A DNA stretch of 57,842 nt, filler included, from Streblomastix strix (taxonomy: Eukaryota): NCBI GenBank assembly GCA_008636045.1. It is 2 parts of 2 records of this genome, joined end to end, with 100 filler letters (N's around TTAATTAATTAA, not from the genome) between each part and the next. Parts side by side here need not be neighbours in the genome. Positions count along the whole stretch, not along the records: positions 28,991 to 57,842 come from SNRW01000112.1; 1 more part is not named here. One strand, written 5' to 3'. The first letter of the stretch is position 1. Each line of letters opens with the position of its first letter. The translations under genes and the position numbers were made by a program. Shown here one piece after another: positions 53,741 to 57,842 of the stretch. The notes below the pieces were generated by a model, which was not told the DNA's origin, ran no database searches, and saw only the letters and a program-made list of their open reading frames with translations.

Positions 53741-54070
53741 ATGATAAATAACTCAAATGATTAATGATTAAACATTGACTTAGGTCACAACGGAATATTT
53801 ATCAGATTGAAATTGCACTCTCATTTAACATTTAGTGAAGAGTAATTGAAAGGAAATGATATTAATTTTTGTCTGTGCAATAAACTCGAGTTCAATATTA
53901 ATGATTTGTTATAAAAATAGAGAATTTTTTTTATTGAAGCTATTCTAAAATTATATTTTAAATAATTATAATTTTTATATATATTAATTTTATGTGTTAT
54001 TATTTATTAAATATTATGATATAATAATTCCAAATGGATAAATTTGGTCAGAAAAAACAAAAAGATCGCA

Positions 54071-57000
54071 ATGATAGACGAGGCTGTGCTTCAAAGCGTT
54101 GGGTGTAAAGTTTGAATGTTCACAACTCCTAATACAAGTTTTTATTATCAACATTTTTGCTTATTTACTGTTCGTGTGGAAATTTTGCATTTAAGGTTGT
54201 ACGATAAATAGGTATGTTGTACTCAATATATTTTTATTATTAGTAGTAATTTGTTTCTTTTCATATTTTTGAAGGTCGTGGGGCTTTTGGAATGTGTGAA
54301 AGAGCTATATTTTATCGAACAATTTTATTTTATTTTTTTGCGATTTTCTCTGTATTTGTAGTGTTTATTTGGTAGTTTCTGACCATTTTGGCATATCAGC
54401 ATCAAAGGTTATAGATTTATAACACTTCAATGATCGAGAATGGGAAGCTGCTGGGAAAGTGAGCAAGTTTGCCATTTTTATTTTGCTTTTGAGGAGCAAT
54501 TGATATAATGTTAACATTTTACTTTTTTTTCAGTCAATAGAACAAGTGCTAGTACGTTGTGAACTATAAAGCTGCCAAAAACGAGCAGGGGCGCATCATA
54601 ATACTGATGGAATATGCGAATCTCCCAGTTTGATTTTTATTTTTAATTATAATTTTATTTAATTCCTTAATTTTTCATATAATTTTTACAAATTATAATA
54701 TTTTATTTTTATTCAGCCTTTGAAGGATTTATTTGAGAATAAATTCACACCTCTTCCTAGAGAAGATTTCGTGAAAACAATTATTTGGCAACTTTGTATG
54801 ATTTTATTTTATTTATTTCAACTAAAACATAAATATTTAAATTAAATTTATGTCAAACTCATATATTAAAATTGTTAAAATTTTATTTATTTACTTATTT
54901 CGTTCTAATCAAGTATAAGGAATATCTGCTATACATGAAGCTGGGTTGATTCATCGGTTTGAATAAAAAAGAAAAACTCAATTTTGAAATAATTTAAAAT
55001 TTATTTTTATAATTTTTCTTGTAGTGATCTTAAACCAGACAATGTAATGTTCCACAATATTATTGTTTGAATATTAGAAAAACAATTTTGATAATAATAA
55101 ATATCTATTATTATTTCCTTTTTTTCTTCTTTTTTTAATTTTACTCAATATTTTTGCTTTAATTAAACATTTATTATATTAGGGAACTGATCAGGTCATT
55201 GTGAAAATCACTGATTTTGGTCTTGCGAGGCAGGTTGACAATTAAAATCAGGGAGTGACACAATGCGGGTTTGATTTAATAGTAAAAATTGTTTATTCTG
55301 GAAAAAATGTCGATTTGCTGCTATTAATTTTTTATAATATTACATATTTTTTTTGTATGTTATGAATTATATTATCTGATTTTCTTGTAAATTATTAAAG
55401 AACACCCCTTGAAATGGTGTGATATATGATATTATAAAAAATCATATTTTAATTTACTAAATATTTGTCCATATACTTTTTTTATGCTTTATTTCATTTT
55501 CTTTTAAATATTTTAATAGGCACCAGAAATATTGATGAATTAAAGCAACATCATTCCTGGAAATCAGTTCAATCAACAGCAATTAATATAATATGGATAC
55601 AATAACAAAGTGGACATCTGGAGTTTGGGTGTTCTATTCTTTAGACTGCTTACAAGGAGATACCCATTTGAAGCAGCTAATATTGAATAACTTATAAAGT
55701 GTGGATTTTTTTTAGAATGAATGAGATGTAATGAAATAATTATATATATTTATACATTTAGGATATTTATTTAATTTATCTAATTAACTAATTTATTTTA
55801 ATTTCCAACTTCTTTCCCATTCTAAAGCCTTGTCCAGCGTCCAATCCAGCACATACCCACAAACAGATCATGTCAATGCATTGATTTACTGAATAAGTTA
55901 CTCCAGTTGAACCCAAACATCAGAATATCAGCAAAAGATGCGCTCAATCACGACTGGTTCAGATAAGACGAGTAAGGAGTTGCTTATCCCATCAATCAGT
56001 TTACTTCTGTTGATGCTCATCCGTTGGCTAAATTGGATCTAAGAGAAGTTGTTGCATATGTCTTTGGATATGACTGGATTAATCAGTAGCAGGAAAAGTT
56101 TGATTTTGAGGTTAATAGTAAAATAGCGGAGTTGAAGAAACAACAGGATGAATTATTAATGTAAGAGAGAGCATTAACTAAAGTTGGAGTATAGTAATAA
56201 CCAGTAAATCCAGTCAATTAAGCTATAATTCCACCATAGATTAATCAAATTCCTCAAATTAACCAAAATAACAATGTAATTCAACAATAGTTATTTGTTC
56301 AACCATAACAATAAGTGCTATAACAATAATAATAAGTTCCATTAAACGCTGGATATGTTGCTAATTATCCCAATCAAAATCAATTATTTATACAAAATAT
56401 TCCATAAATATAGAGTCTTCCTCAATAACCATAGAACGTGTAACGCTCGCTTCCAATCATTCAATCTAACAATCCTTTGAATAATAAAACTCCTTCTCCT
56501 CCAACACATTAATCGTAACCTGTTCTTAATAATTAACCATCATTAATTACACCTCAACCACCTCCTGCTAATTATCAGAATCAGTAATAACAGAATTATA
56601 ATTAAAACCAGATCAAAAATAATAGCAATAATTAAAATTTGAATTAGAATGATGAAACTAAGATTGAATGTGAGATATGCCACCTCCAAATTCCTTTTTC
56701 TGCTTATCAATTCCATGCTGATGGGCATGCAGCAGGAAGAATTAATAGACAAGACAGGAATAGCCCTCCTTAAAATCAGAAACATGATCAGAGTGCATAA
56801 AATGAAGCGCAAATAAAATGCGACATTTGTAATTAGATGATTGCCTTCTCCAAATATCAATTACATTAAGATCAACATATTGCTGAAAGAATTAGTAATA
56901 AGCAACAATAGAATCATCCCCAATAAAATCGTGAAATTGCAGCCGATGCCAATTTCTTATAGAAACAGCAATTTGCAGAAACGTAAATTCCCTGTTAAAT

Positions 57001-57842
57001 ATGCAACGATCTTGTTGCTTTCTCACGCTATGATGAGCACATCAAACAGAAACATCAGACACGTAATCAACCTTCTCCTGCACCAACACATACAAAACAA
57101 CAGTTTAATGAAACACTTTTGCCCTGCGAAGTATGCAAAGGGCTTTTTGTTGCATCTGCGTATGAAGAGCATCTTAAGCAACACAATTAAAGACCTAATA
57201 TGGACAAGCAAGGAAATCTCATCTAGACTAATTAAAGTTCTGTTGAGTGCGATTAATGCCATCTCAAGATCCTCTTTTCGTAATATTCGATCCACATGGA
57301 CCAACACAAACAAGAATAGGAGAGAAATAGGAAAGAAAAATAAGTATAATAACAGCTGCAATAATAAAAATAAATAGCGGAAGAATAAGAAAGATAAATT
57401 CAATAGGAATAAGAAAGAACGAGATAATTAGAGTAGCAAATACAAGATTAAAAATAAGAGGAAAAGAATAAATAACAACATTAAAAAAGAATTATCTAAC
57501 AAAAAGATAAAAAAATTTAGCAAGAGATTGATAGAAGAAAATAAATTGAATAAAACTAAAGAAAAACACCCGAAAATATCATAACAGGGTATCACTAGAC
57601 GTCAGCATAAGCAGCATAAGCCATATTAGCAACTGGATTCAGAGTCGGAGCCGGCGGCATTGCAGGAGGAGGGATCTACTTTGCGCTCAACAGAGCTGAC
57701 ACTGAAAGAAAAGCTCATCAAAAAGGAGTTATTCTTGAATGCTAAGTTGATGTTGGCAGCTGCAAGATCATGAAGCAGATGGAACCATAGTTGACTGGGG
57801 ATGAACTCAAGAGGTAAGGGTTTGATAGCGTCTTCTTCCCAG
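54071..57842 (+). CDS. Ser/Thr protein kinase fused to a Q/P-rich linker, five C2H2/UBZ-like zinc fingers, a coiled coil and a Gig2/PARP-like ADP-ribosyltransferase domain (3' truncated by the window)
   Basis: Spliced: [82 protein letters not shown]. The last exon (from 55828, frame +2) continues through CEIC, CDIC, CQIC, CEVC and CDQC fingers to YHQT...ILATGF...GGGIYFA...GVILECQVDVG...GFDSVFFP. Confidence 0.88.

Noticed and set aside
289..57403. Most ORFs in the supplied track, e.g. His-rich 24638-24898, 46818-47120, 56841-57377, 57023-57403
   Set aside because: They are off-frame or antisense shadows of real TAR=Gln genes. The poly-His/Leu ORF is the shifted reading of a TCA/TCT poly-Ser tract.
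1..57842. rRNA, tRNA or CRISPR loci
   Set aside because: None recognisable by eye; a covariance-model scan was not possible.

Overview
This is AT-rich, intron-containing eukaryotic DNA read with a non-standard code (TAA/TAG = Gln, TGA = stop). The supplied standard-code ORF track is therefore mostly misleading. The code, the GT(A/T/G)TGA donors and the gene families fit an oxymonad such as Streblomastix (inference). From left to right the window holds: (1) an internally deleted DIRS-type retrotransposon with inverted termini (~223-3234); (2) decayed copy A of an endogenous Polinton/Maverick-like dsDNA virus (~3669-21893) with left TIR, integrase, protein-primed PolB, packaging ATPase, fibre-like gene, amphipathic peptide and putative major capsid protein; (3) a host gene fusing two FMN-binding split-barrel domains, a U-box and a divergent PARP domain (22763-27101); (4) the 3' part of a Helitron; (5) a 100-nt gap containing an artificial TTAATTAATTAA spacer; (6) diverged copy B of the same virus family (28991-45557) with right TIR, a different fibre architecture, a second fibre gene and a 786-bp TA-flanked foldback element; (7) host genes for a flavoredoxin-like protein, a large Q/N-rich protein with a C-terminal ET-like domain, and a kinase-zinc-finger-coiled-coil-ADP-ribosyltransferase fusion that runs off the window. 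The most interesting signals are the recoded virus with modular fibres and a protein-VI-like peptide, and the two unusual ART/PARP fusion genes. All domain calls come from manual translation and motif recognition. No searches were run, and boundaries of degenerate genes are approximate.
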